A stretch of DNA of 64,000 nucleotides from Octopus vulgaris (taxonomy: Eukaryota), in assembly GCA_951406725.2 (NCBI GenBank), contig OX597833.1, positions 4,030,001-4,094,000 on the forward strand, read 5' to 3'. Shown one piece after another: positions 1-11,872 of this stretch (the first letter of the stretch is position 1; each line of letters begins with the position of its first letter). The notes beneath the pieces are model-generated. The model was not told the origin of the DNA, did not search any database, and worked only from the letters and a program-made list of their open reading frames with translations. The position numbers and the translations under genes were made by a program.

Positions 1-82
1 TGGATTTTGCATTCGATGTAGTTGTTGGTGGGCTTAATGTTTTGTTCGGAGAGAGGGAAGTACCATAAGAGGATTTTACCAT
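1..82 (-). CDS. Possible first coding segment of a gene running off the left edge (MVKSSYGTSLSPNKTLSPPTTTSNAKS...)
   Basis: ATG at 82-80 is open for 27 codons to the edge, in CpG-containing non-repetitive DNA (1-560) with a CAGGAAGT ETS-like motif at ~517. No family recognised. Confidence 0.25.
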   Translation of the reverse strand, partial: MVKSSYGTSLSPNKTLSPPTTTSNAKS

Positions 83-1323
83 TATGGGTCACGCAAAAGT
101 TCTTGCTATCGTAGATAGTTCGACTGAGGATGTCACAGAGCGTCTGGTGAGGCTGAAAATCGAGAGTAAAATCACGTCCTGAATCGATTCTGAAGCAAAT
201 CTGCATCGCTGCTGCTCCACTGCTGGTTTGTCCTTTCGACATATCGCTATAATTGCAATCAGACATGACTTAATTCCTTCCTTCCTTCTTCTTCTTCTTG
301 GCTTTTTCTCTGGCTCGATGTTGACAATAAAGACTTCACACGTGAATCCTTAAAACTGGAATGCGAGTCTTGGGCTAAGTCTTTCAAATGAATGTAATTG
401 GTAAAAAAAAATTGGGAAACATCACAGCACAAAATGCTGCCTGACATGAACTACATTCCGAGGAAATAGGCGAATAGCAGCCGGGTGAGCCAACAACGGT
501 TTGTGCAAAACACGCACAGGAAGTCAGGTGGAAAACAACGCCAGCCAAACTAAACCAGCCGTAGAAAACATAACTCCTTCAAATATTCGTTTACATAAAA
601 TTAAACTAAAAGAAAAATATTTTAGTGATATCATTACAATGTGATTAAACTTTAAACCTTTATAAATGAGGTATTAGCACTTAGAATAGAATGTTTATAA
701 TTTGTGAATAGTTTCATGTTTCGTCGGAGCCATTCCGTGTTTTATATGAACCATAGGCAGCGCTATGGAAAATGGCTGAATGTTATCAAAGTTTCGATCT
801 ACAAATCCTAAATTTCCTCAGAAATACAAAAAATAAGTATTTTCTCTTGAGTATTTTCTGTTTTTGAACCATTCTTGTTTTTTCACTTGTAACGCCGGCA
901 CCAGAAATACGTTTTTCCATGTGTTTATCAAAGAAAATCCCGACCTATTCGACCCACAAAACAACAAACAAATTATAATTGAGCGAAATAAGAAATATTT
1001 ATTTCCTGGGAAAATTGCCAAATCTTAAATTTCACGTAATTTAATCCGACCATAATTTACCATCATAATTTCCTCCTTATAACCAAGCATATTTCCCTAC
1101 GATGGAGATTATCTCCTGTCCCCTTTGTCTACATTTAGCAATGAAGTCATTCGCCTCTTTGGCCATCACCATTATTATTATTATTATTATTATTAGTATC
1201 TGTTCCAGTTTCCTCGCATTAACATAGATCGTTATCAGTAGAAACTGCTTCGTTCTCGTGACTCCCACTACAGTCGTATATATCTACCTATTTCCCTGCA
1301 TATATATTCATATATATATGTGG

Positions 1324-1500
1324 TGGAGGCGCGATGGCCCAGTGGTTAGGGCAGCGGACTCGCGGCCGTAGGATCGCGGTTTCGATTCCCAGACCGGGAA
1401 TGTTCTGAGTGTTTATTGAGCGAAAACACCTAAAAAGCTCCACGACGCTCCGGCAGGGGGTTGTGGTGATCCCTGCTGTACTCTTTCACCACTCTTTCTT
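1324..1500 (+). mobile_element. tRNA-derived SINE (GGAGGCGCGATGGCCCAGTGGTTAGG head)
   Basis: A-box TGGCCCAGTGG and B-box GGTTTCGATTCCC. Related copies at ~53232-53555 (+) and ~57497-57880 (-). Confidence 0.8.
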
Positions 1501-1734
1501 CTGTTGTTTATACTAACATTCTCACCTACCAGCTAGAAATAGCAGCCAAATCACCCTTCTTGTCTTTAAAAAAGTAGCATTGGAATCGTAGCTACGCTAT
1601 GTTTGGATGGTCATGACTGGAGCAATGCGATGTCATTAATCTGCCTATATCCACTGACCTTTCTATATAAAACAATGCGAAGCGCATTGTGACCAGCGAT
1701 GTGTAACATCTGATGGTCTGGTCGGTCACGTGAT

Positions 1735-1776
<42 letters not shown>

Positions 1777-3177
1777 CTATCTCTCCATAAGTATCTATAT
1801 GTAGATATAGCATTCTCGCTATACACACTCCCTCCCGCCTATCTTTCTATCTACCTGCCTACCTACCTATATAAATGCATATGTATACATATCATTATAC
1901 ATACATATACATGTATATTTATATATATATACGACCTTGCTTCTCTCCTTTGTTCATCTGTGTCTGGTAGTAGTTAGACTACATATATAATTATAATATA
2001 TACATATATATTATTATGTCATATATCATTTTATATACGCATATATAAAGTAAGAATGTGTGTTGTGGGAGAAATAACAAGCATGGCTTTGTATAATTCT
2101 TGTCTTTGTTGATTTTAAAACAAAAACCAAATTTAAAATAAAATAATTCCGAAACAATTTAGTTCCGAGTATTTATTTTACTTCTTTTTTCCCCTTCTTC
2201 TTGAGATTAATTAATTATCAAGTTTGCATTATTTATTGCTATTAAATTGCTGTAGTGTTTTTAATTAAACCGTGATACGTTTGTTGTGAACGTATTTATG
2301 TATTTATAAACAATACACGCACATGGGGAAGGAGAGAGAGAGAGAAAGGGATGTGAGTGTGTGTATATCCCTCTCTCTCTCTCGCGCGCTCTGTTTATAC
2401 TAATATTTACGGACCAGCAAGGGGTTCTCAATGTGGTCGCTTCACCTACCAGCTAGAAATAGCAGCCAAATCACCCCTCTCTTTCCCAATCACTGCCTAG
2501 TCTTTAAAAAAAGTAGCATTGAGAATGGAATGGTAGCTACGCTATGTTTGAAAACACTAGATGGATGGCCATGACTGGAGCAATGAGAGGTCTTTAATCT
2601 GCCTTATCTAGACTGGTTCTATATCCACTGACCTTCCTATATATGTATATCATCATCATCATCGTGTACACACATATATATGAGATCCAAATACCGATTC
2701 TCCGAGCACTGATGATCTGGAATCTCTTATCTGCATTAATTTACGAGCAAGGACATCAAATTCCCGTGGTCACCAGACTAGTTTATTAGTACCTTGCACT
2801 TCACTAATAAATCAACAGGTATTTATACCAACCTACAGGTACCTGTGTTTCATTTAATATTTGTTTAATTCAGAGTGTGATGACCAAGGTGACCATTCCT
2901 GGTTCAGAAAATTCTAATTCAGGTCTTTGGAAATAATAGTTCCAGAAAATATATGTGGTACCAATGTGTGTGTGTGTAGGGTGTTCGGGCTAAATTTGAC
3001 AGTCTGCATAAAAGGAAAAGAAAATAATATCTCGTCCAAAAAATAAGAGTATTTTTTTTAAAATCCAAAAATGTCAACTAGATCATGACTGAAAAGTTAA
3101 CTCAAAGAATCTGTTCTCAGATTCCATCACAGTCTCAAGACAGCTTCGGAACTTGGCACATATGTTCATCACTGTCA

Positions 3178-3420
3178 TCATCATCATCATCGTTTAACGT
3201 CCGTTTTCCATGCTGGCATGGGTTGGACGGTTCGACTGGGGTCTGGGAAGCCAGGAGGCTGCACCAGGCTCCAATCTTGATCTGGCAGTGTTTCTACAGC
3301 TGGATGCCCTTCTTAACACCAACCACTCCGAGAGTGTAGTGGGCGCTTTTTACGTGCGGCACTGGCATCGGCCACATTCGGATGATGCTTTTTATGTGCT
3401 ACCGGCACGGGGCTCACAAC
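3178..3420 (-). mobile_element. RTE-LINE-related 3' end with (GAT)n tail
   Basis: catcatcatcgtttaacgtccg...catgggttggacgg motif. Other copies near 6890, 12036, 12700, 13599, 16420, 16950, 33590, 39068, 41058, 43155, 49280, 51895, 57075. Confidence 0.75.
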
Positions 3421-3888
3421 TACCTCTAGTAAAATCTTTGACCACTAGCTCATCTTTGGTGTTGCAGGTAGAACGGTTGGTGTTTTTCTCAACTGCTCAG
3501 GGGAATTGGGAAGACAGAAACTGGAGCAGATCAAGTCATAGCAATTCACCAACAACCACTTCCGACTCTTTCCAGAGATAGAGCAAGGAGCCGAATCCTG
3601 TCTCTGGTTGAGACATCATCATTTAACATCCATGCTGGCTGGGGTTGGACAGTTTTACAGGATCCAGTGTGACCAAGGCCTGCATCGTGCTCTGTAATGC
3701 CTGCTTAGGAATGATCTCTATGGCTAGATGCCCTTCCTAATACAAACCATTATACAGTGTGGACTAGCTGTTTTTATGGTGCAACCAGCACTTGTGAGGT
3801 CATCATGCTGATCACAAGACTACAAACCTTGACGGATTTTGGAGTCAGCTTTATGCTAAGGAACAAGGGTGGGTGGGTGCGATCTGAG

Positions 3889-4028
3889 CAGGTGTGGGCA
3901 ACCTTTTATGAGAAGTGGGCCACATGAGACAAGGCTCATCACCAAGCTGCACCAAAATGATTTCAAGATAATTTTTCATTGGGCATGCCATTGAGAAGAA
4001 CCCGTGTGCCACAGGTTGCCCATAACTG
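3889..4028. mobile_element. Small hAT-like MITE
   Basis: Imperfect TIRs CAGGTGTGGGCAACC / GGTTGCCCATAACTG. Confidence 0.45.
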
Positions 4029-4619
4029 TTTTGGAGGATATGCATGGCTAATTGCATTTAGTAGAAGGGAAGAAAAAGAAAAGAGAAATGATGAGCAGGG
4101 GTTGCAAAGGTGGTCCCAGAAGGCACATGGTGAGCAGAAGGGAGTGGTTTGCAAGATTGTATGGGGTGGCAGACTGTACCACAGATATGCAGGGACACAT
4201 AGTGTAAGCCTTCCAAAACTAGGATACAGGTATGTGTAAGATGTTGAGAAAGCAGGTGAGCATTTTCAAATCAATATAGAAACGGTGCACATTTAAAAAC
4301 ACACAAAAACTGTTAGATTCACTTCAACATTTAAATTTAATTTGCCAAAATATTTTCATCGCTTTGAAACTGGGACCTGTTCACTGACAAAATTCCATGC
4401 CGCATGGAATGGATGTCTTATAAACACCTTCCGCGCTGCAATTGTTTTCGTTCCAGCACACGATCTCAGGTCAAATCACTTGCTATGCAAGTACATCTCC
4501 GTAATAGAAACAGTGATTGTACTGATATGGAAAGCCATCGAGGTGGTCAAACAAACCATTCACAGCTGTTGTAGGCACTCTTTAAGTATCTCCCCAACCT
4601 CAAAAATGTGTGTTTGAAG

Positions 4620-5092
4620 CTAGTATGCTTCATTAGATGTGCATGTGTGACGGAGTGTAAATGTCATGAGAGAAAAATTGGACCTAAGAGGCATCAGCTG
4701 TGGTGTGCAAGAGAGACAATTGCACTGGTATGGACATGTGTATGGGTGAGGAAGTGCTGATCTCTAACTGTGGAGGGCACCTGTGGGAGAGGTTGACCCA
4801 GGAAGACATGGGACGAGGTGATGTAGCATGATCTTCGAATGTTGGGCCTCACAGAGGCGAGGGCAAGTGATCAAGACTTTTGGGAGTATACTGTGCTTGA
4901 GATGACCTGTCAAGCCAAGTGAAATTGTCGTGGCTGGTGCCAGTGACATAAAAGTACCCATTACACTCTTGGAGCAGTTGGCATTAGGAAGGGTATCTAG
5001 CCATAGAGACCATGCCAGATCAGCCTGGAACCAGGTCCAGTCAAACTGTCCAACCTTTTGCCAGCATGTAAAGCAGACACCAAATGATGACA
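4620..5092 (+). mobile_element. Degenerate RTE-clade LINE 3' fragment
   Basis: Translates MREKLDLRGISCGVQERQLHWYGHV, then RKTWDEV..HDLRMLGLTEA, typical of RTE ORF C-termini. It runs into the same 3' tail as the (GAT)n-tailed repeats. Confidence 0.7.
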
Positions 5093-5136
5093 TGTTACCA
5101 TACCATTTACAAACTGCTTGTCACAAGAACACATGT

Positions 5137-5168
<32 letters not shown>

Positions 5169-6126
5169 CATCCTCATCTTTTAACATCCATCTTCCCTGC
5201 TGGCATTGGTTGGATGGGTTGACAGGATATGACAGATCAGAGGACTACACCAAGCTCCAGTCTTCTTTGGCATGGTTTCTAGCACTGGATGCCCTTCCTA
5301 ATGCTAATCACTTTGCAGGGTGATTATAGGGTGGTTCTAGTGGTACCAGCATTACATTAGGTTTCTGTGCGGCTCACAAGACAAAGATTCGCTTTGCCTA
5401 AGTGGGGTTGCATTAAAGAGGGAGGAAGGCTTATGATGGGCAGTGAAAGAATACAGTTTGAATGAAGATACCAGAAGAGGTTTCTTGTTGTAGAAGAGAT
5501 ACATGGGACAAGGTGTCTGGGTGAATTGTGAGGGTAGAGAAACAGGAAGGGTGACTGGGAAGCAGTAGTAAGGCTGCATGGAAAGAGTAAGGGATGATTA
5601 GAGAAGTTGGGAGTGCAAACACTGATGGAACAAGGGCTGAGGTGGGGGTGACAATGAATTGGATGGAAAGTAAGGGGGCACAGAGGATGACTGGGAAGAT
5701 GTAGGGGGTGGATATAGTGGAATGGCAGAAGGGTAATCAATAATAGGAGTTTGTGGGGTGAGTAGGTACTTTTCTACTCTAGGCACAAGGCCTGAAATAT
5801 TTGGGGAGGGGGCTGGTCGATTGGATCAACCCCAGTATGCAACTAGTACTTAATTTATCAACCCTGAAAAGATGAAAGGCAAAGTGTGTCTGTTTTCCCC
5901 CCACCCCCACTGCTTGACAATTGGTGTTGGTGTGTTTATGTCCCTGAAACTTCATGGGTCATCAAGAGTCTTATAGAAAAAGCAGCAAGCGTAAAAATAA
6001 ACATTGCAGTCGATCCGTTTGACTAATCTTTACCAGGCAATGGCACAACATGGCTGCAGACCATTAACTAAAACAAATGAAAAAGATGACACACACACAC
6101 ACACAGCTATGTGTGTGTGTGTATAT

Positions 6127-6520
6127 ACGCAGGAGTGGCTGTGTGGTAAGTAGCTTGCTTACCAACCACATGGTTCCGGGTTCAGTCCCACTGCGTGGCA
6201 CCTTGGGCAAGTGTCTTCTACTACAGCCTCGGGCCGACCAATGCCTTGTGAGTGGATTTGGATGACGGAAACTGAAAGAAGCCTGTCGTATATATGTATA
6301 TATATATATGTGTGTGTGTGTTTGTCCCCCTAGCATTGCTTGACAACCGATGCTGGTGTGTTTACGTCCCCGTCACTTAGCGGTTCGTCAAAAGAGACTG
6401 ATAGAATAAGTACTGGGCTTACAAAGAATAAGTCCCAGGGTCAATTAGCTCAACTAAAGGCGGTGCTCCAGCATGGCCGCAGTCAAATGACAGAAACAAG
6501 TAAAAGAGTAAAGAGAGAGT
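6127..6520 (+). mobile_element. Abundant tRNA-derived SINE (GGCGCAGGAGTGGCTGTGTGG head, internal TA/TG microsatellite, AAAGAGT tail)
   Basis: A-box TGGCTGTGTGG and B-box GGTTCAGTCCC. Near-identical copies at ~6540, 8775, 20440(-), 22760, 30100(-), 32468(-), 35759, 45160(-), 45830(-), 47810(-), 49055(-). Confidence 0.9.
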
Positions 6521-7091
6521 AAGAGTATATATATGGATAGGTGCAGGCATGGCTATGTGGTAAGAAGCTTGCTTTCCAACTACATGGTCTCAGGTTCAGT
6601 CCCACAGCGTGGCACCTTGGGGAAGTGTCTTCTACTACAGCCTTGGACTGACCAAAGCCTTGAGTGGATTTGGTAGATGGAAACTGAAAGAAGCCTGCCA
6701 TATATATATATATATGCATATGGCAAATGAAAGACGGAAAATGGAATATATGAGAATTTATTATTAATCACAATTGTTTCAACACATCCAGCATTGATCT
6801 CTCATGGGTGGGACTTGCAACAACTGGTTCAGGAGCATCTGGCAGTATCTCATCAGGTGATACAGGTGTAAACCAGTCATATTATCCATTAAAGCACCCA
6901 CTACACTCACGGAGTGGTTGGCGTTAGGAAGGGCATCCAGCTGTAGAAACACTGCCTGATAAGACTGGAGCCTGGTGCAGCCTTCTGGCTTCCCAGATCC
7001 CCGGTCGAATCGTCCAACCCATGCTAGCATGGAGAACGGACGTTAAACGATGATGATGATGATGATGATATATATATACACACACACACAG

Positions 7092-8549
7092 ACATTGAAC
7101 TGCGATTTTTTCAAATATTTTATATGGTAAATTCTTAAAATTTATTTTGGGGCTGTAAGTATAAATATCCAAAAACATTGGTTTACGGCTGAGACCCAAA
7201 TTGCAGGTAACCTTTCAACTTTTCCTGAAGGGAGAATGCCACCAAAACACAGCTGTGTTGAATGTTGTGGGTGGCAGTCAGAAACAAACGTCATGAAAAC
7301 CGAAATGCATGTGAATCTCATGGAGGTTATGGGTATAAAAATCAACTTGAACTACGTTCCTGGCATTTTCAATTTGAATGCATCAGGTATGACCCAATTG
7401 TCAGCAGCGCAGAGAGAACAAGCCAGTGACCGATCGCAAACAGAGCAGAGCAGCATGCCATAGTTATTGTGAAAGCTTCCAATGTCCATCTCAGCACCAC
7501 CTATCACCTGCAACAGCACTGCAGACCATGCCCACAGAGGGCACCCCCGGGTAACCATGCCCAGGCAGGACTGCTTCATCCACCTGCAACACCTCCATGA
7601 TCGCTTCAGACCAGCCAGCATGACAGCTCACGAGACCATTGGCACTGGACAGTGACCCATCAGCGACGACACGGTACAACATTGACTGGCCACCAACAAC
7701 CTGCATTGAGGTCATCCTGCTCGAGATCCTGTCCTCATTGCCCACCACGACTACAGTGGCCTACACAGCACTGACATTGATGTCATCAACAACAGGGGTC
7801 AGTAGTCTTCTGACGAGAGCCAGTACTGCGTTTCCACCTCGGATGGCAGAGTGAGGGTGTGGCATAGGAGGGGTGAACGCTACAGAGACGCATGGGATGG
7901 CCAAAGGATCATGGTTTGGGGTGCTATAGACCTGAATGAGAGAATTGGGCCCCATATGCTCCAAAATGTTAGTGCAGACAGAGGGAATGGCATCACAGCA
8001 CAGCACTACGTTGACCAGATCCTAAGGCCTCACATCGTGCCCTAGCCATGTGTTCCAACAGGACAGTGCCCCCTCACACACGGCCAGGGTCACCGTGGAC
8101 TTCCTGCATCAGAACAACATCAGAACCATGCCATAGGTGGCTCTCAGCTCGGATTTGAACCCAACTGAACACCTGTGGGATGAAATCCAGAGACACCTGA
8201 ACCAGGTGGTCCCAAGGTTGACAACTCATGTGGAACTGAAGGCAGCTTTCCTCAGGGTGTGGGCACAGATGCCAACGGCTTTTGTGAACCGCCTCATGCA
8301 CTCCATGTACAGACGTATGACCGTTTTGAACACCCAGGGAAGGCATACACGGTATTGAACGTCATGCCCTACAATCTCGATCTGCTGGATCCACCCACAA
8401 CCAGAACACATGACAATGACCCGTTGACTGTGGTGAAAGTGCATCCAAGAAATTGACTTCATCAGATTTATCAAAATTTATCTCTGACATAATGAAATTA
8501 AAACATATTTCAGTCCCACACGTCTCGCATTTCTTTTGCAGTTCAGTGT
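7092..8549 (+). mobile_element. Decayed Tc1-family DNA transposon
   Basis: Partial TIR match ACA(T/C)TGAACTGC ... GCAGTTCAGTGTA enclosing a transposase pseudogene. Confidence 0.8.
7389..8358 (+). pseudogene. Tc1 DDE transposase pseudogene
   Basis: Frameshifted pieces: MTQLSAAQREQA, RVWHRRGERY, IMVWGAI, GITAQHYVDQILRPHIVP, FQQDSAPSHTARVT, SSDLNPTEHLWDEI. Confidence 0.9.
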
Positions 8550-8774
8550 ATATCTGTATGTATTTGTGTCAGTGTATGTACGTATCTGAGTGTGTGTCTG
8601 TCTCCCCGCCATAACTTAGCAGTTCAGCAAAAGTGACCGATAGAATAAGTACTAGGCTTAGAAAGAGTAAGTCCTGAGGTCAATTTCTTCAACTAAAATC
8701 CCCTTTAAGGCAGTGCTCCAGCATGGCCGCAGTCAAATGACAAACTAGTAAAAGAATAAAATATATATATATAT

Positions 8775-8944
8775 AGGCGCAGGAGTGGCTGTGTGGTAAG
8801 TAGCTTGCTAACCAACCACATGGTTCCGGGTTCAGTCCCACTGCGTGGCATCTTGGGCAAGTGTCTTCTGCTATAGCCCCGGGCCGACCAATGCCTTGTG
8901 AGTGGATTTGGTAGACGGAAACTGAAAGAAGCCTGTCGTATATA

Positions 8945-8997
<53 letters not shown>

Positions 8998-9190
8998 TTG
9001 TTCCCCTAGCATTGCTTGACAACCGAAGCTGGTGTGTTTACGTCCCCGTCACTTAGTGGTTTGGCAAAAAGCGACCGATAGAATAAGTACTGGGCTTACA
9101 AAAAGAATAAGTCCTGGGGTTGAGTTGCTCGACTAAAGGCGGTGCTCCAGCATGGCCGCAGTCAAATGACTGAAACAAGTAAAAGAATAA
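8775..9190 (+). mobile_element. tRNA-derived SINE copy
   Basis: Same family as 6127-6520. Confidence 0.85.
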
Positions 9191-10024
9191 TATATATATA
9201 TATATATTTATACACACACACACATATATACAGGTATGTATATAATCAAAAGACAAAAGTAGTGTTTAAAATATTTACTTCATCATTTCAAACAAATTCA
9301 TCATTTATTCAATCCAATTGGTTTTTTCTTAAATATGGAAGCATGTACGCACAATAATTTGGTCATCAGTAAACTTGCTTTGAGAGTTTCAGTTTGATGT
9401 GACAAGTTCAAGCTGTCTCCATAAGTATTTTTTTTTTATCTGTTTTTGTTTGTTTCATTTGCTTTCCATCTTTGTTTCGCTTTGTTTGTTTTTGTTTTTT
9501 TTTTGTTCTGCTTTTCATGCTGCACATTTTTGTAAACGAGGCAAATATTTGTTCAATTAATCTTTATATCACCCATCACCTTTTGTGACCAACACAGACA
9601 AGAGGCCTTAGACTAGCCATATACATTATATATGTACATATATACACATATACTGTACATTTTATATATATATATACATATATAGTAAAGATATATATAC
9701 ACATGTATATGTATAAGCATTATATATATGATATATATATTTATATATATGCATACACAAACATATATATACATACATGTATGTGTGTGTGTATATATAT
9801 ATATGTAAAATGAAATTCATATTGTCTGGGACTTTTACCTGACCAGTTATGCAAATCATTGAATAAACGCTCAGGTAAAACCTAAATAGAATTTTATAAA
9901 TTTCACTCTACTCTCAACGTTGAGCCCCGCTACACCCTCCTCAATAAATATTCCATTTTTATGCTTAAACTTACTTAAACCTCTATTTTAATATATGTAC
10001 TATATGTACGTGCATGTATATATC

Positions 10025-10056
<32 letters not shown>

Positions 10057-10093
10057 ACACACACACATACATACAAACATATAGTTATTGAAT

Positions 10094-10141
<48 letters not shown>

Positions 10142-10176
10142 ATGTAGATATATATATATATATATATAAAATAACA

Positions 10177-10211
<35 letters not shown>

Positions 10212-11122
10212 TTATGCTTGTGTCTAAGGTCTTCTTTGTTCCATGTTTGCTTTTTTTTATCATTAAACTTAAAAACCGTTTTTTGAAGTCTCTCTACAAG
10301 ACATTTTTTCAAAGTTTAACTATTCCCCACCAAAAAAAAAAAAGAAAAAAGAAAAGTATTTCTCTCTTTCTTTCTCTAACATAGAGAAAAAAAAGATCTT
10401 TAAAAAGTGAGAAAAAAAATGGTAAAAGAAAAGTAGGCAAATCCAAAATGTGGATTTTACTTGTTGATTTGGCAAAAATTGAAAAGAAAAAAAACATTTT
10501 TGCTTTTGCTGCTACCCAAGAATTTCAGCTACTCACAGTTGAGGTTTGAATATTTGGTAAGGTAAGAAAGAGCGTAAAGAATTTCAGATTCAGAGATGAT
10601 ACCTGTGGCTAAGATGGAGAACCTCCTGGTTTTCCCCAGGAGTGAATGTAATGAATGTCACACACACATACAACTAGTTTCATTTTAATGAAAGAAAAAA
10701 GTTTGTGAGAAAGTTATTTGACATGAAATATCTGGTTGAAGTTCAGTTGAAGTCAGGAAAGTTTGTTCACCATTTCAACAGAAAAGAAACCATTGAATGG
10801 AATGAGAGTCTTTAAATAAGCTTTGAATAATAGTCCTTCTTTTGAGACCCCTGGTAAGAGCACAGTGCATTGTTATGGCCTCTCTTCAGTCTAAATGCAG
10901 GGCCTCATGCTTCAATCCAGAAACAGAAATAAACCAGCTCTTGTTGAATATACAGACAGATTCATATCCAAACGGTTTGCACTTCAGATAGCAGCAGAGA
11001 AAAGGGTTAGAATTGCAAGGTTAAAACTTTAGATGAGGCTTCAGGGAAGAGTGCAAGGCAGGGAGCAGGGTGATAGATGGGATCTAATCAAAACAGGTAC
11101 CAAAATGTCCAGGAACTTTAGA

Positions 11123-11872
11123 TTAAAATACTGTGAGAAGGGCAAATACTCCGTAGACTAGAGCACATGGATAGGCAACAAGGAGCTGCTGGTGATCCAT
11201 TGCTAGGGCAGAGACAAACAGCTTTGAGGCCGAGAAACTACACCAGAAAACTGCCATGACAGTTAGGAATATACCAAGGGCTCCCTTCAAAGAGATCATG
11301 ATAGATATGGATGATAGGATCACCATTGGTAATAGACAATAGCCTAACACACTTATTGTACATCCAGACGAAACCCCAGTGATACTCATTAAGTTCAACA
11401 GACCATACATGGCCAGACACCCGACAACGCCGATTCCATAGATGTAACCGAAATGCAGTTTGCCAGACAGCATCAAAGCAGCACCGAAAGCAACGCAGAA
11501 TACTAAAGGTCCAGCCAGATCAGTGTCCTTCATTATGTTGTGGTCAGCATCTTGTAACGGGTTCAATACGGCCATTGTCTTTTGTGTGATGTGGTCAAAG
11601 TTAATGCCCAGTTCTTCCATTAGTGGTGGCTCATCCTCAAAACTGTCTGGTGCTGTAGTCTGGTACACGGTCGGTTCCGGTGTCATAATAGAACCAAAAT
11701 AGGGATCTTGACTGTTGGTCGTGATGTATTCTGTGGTGGTGGTCTGGCTGTAGACAAACTGACCGAACTGAGGATCCTGGCCAAAGCCTTGAGTGTCCAT
11801 GTTATATCCAGAACTTTGGTTTTCATAGTAGTTGGATGAGTAAAACTCTCCTTCTTGGCCGAAAGAAGACAT
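11123..11872 (-). CDS. YIPF5: Yip1 domain family member 5 (ER-Golgi trafficking), 249 aa, single coding exon
   Basis: Motifs [61 protein letters not shown]. The likely start is MSSFGQ (ATG at 11872). The extra 51 aa in the ORF track cross a splice acceptor (ttttctctcatttttccag, AG at 11895-11896). Confidence 0.95.
   Translation of the reverse strand: MSSFGQEGEFYSSNYYENQSSGYNMDTQGFGQDPQFGQFVYSQTTTTEYITTNSQDPYFGSIMTPEPTVYQTTAPDSFEDEPPLMEELGINFDHITQKTMAVLNPLQDADHNIMKDTDLAGPLVFCVAFGAALMLSGKLHFGYIYGIGVVGCLAMYGLLNLMSITGVSSGCTISVLGYCLLPMVILSSISIMISLKGALGIFLTVMAVFWCSFSASKLFVSALAMDHQQLLVAYPCALVYGVFALLTVF

Noticed and set aside
259-447. 62-aa ORF at the left edge
   Set aside because: No recognisable domain; more likely UTR or uORF sequence.
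3085-3581. Recurrent ORFs such as DLAVFLQLDALPNANH and DTCPRCHAVGLNPEPCGW
   Set aside because: Translations of SINE/LINE-tail copies, not a gene family.
6127-6200. tRNA-like sequences with A and B boxes
   Set aside because: They are SINE heads that continue into SINE bodies, not tRNA genes.
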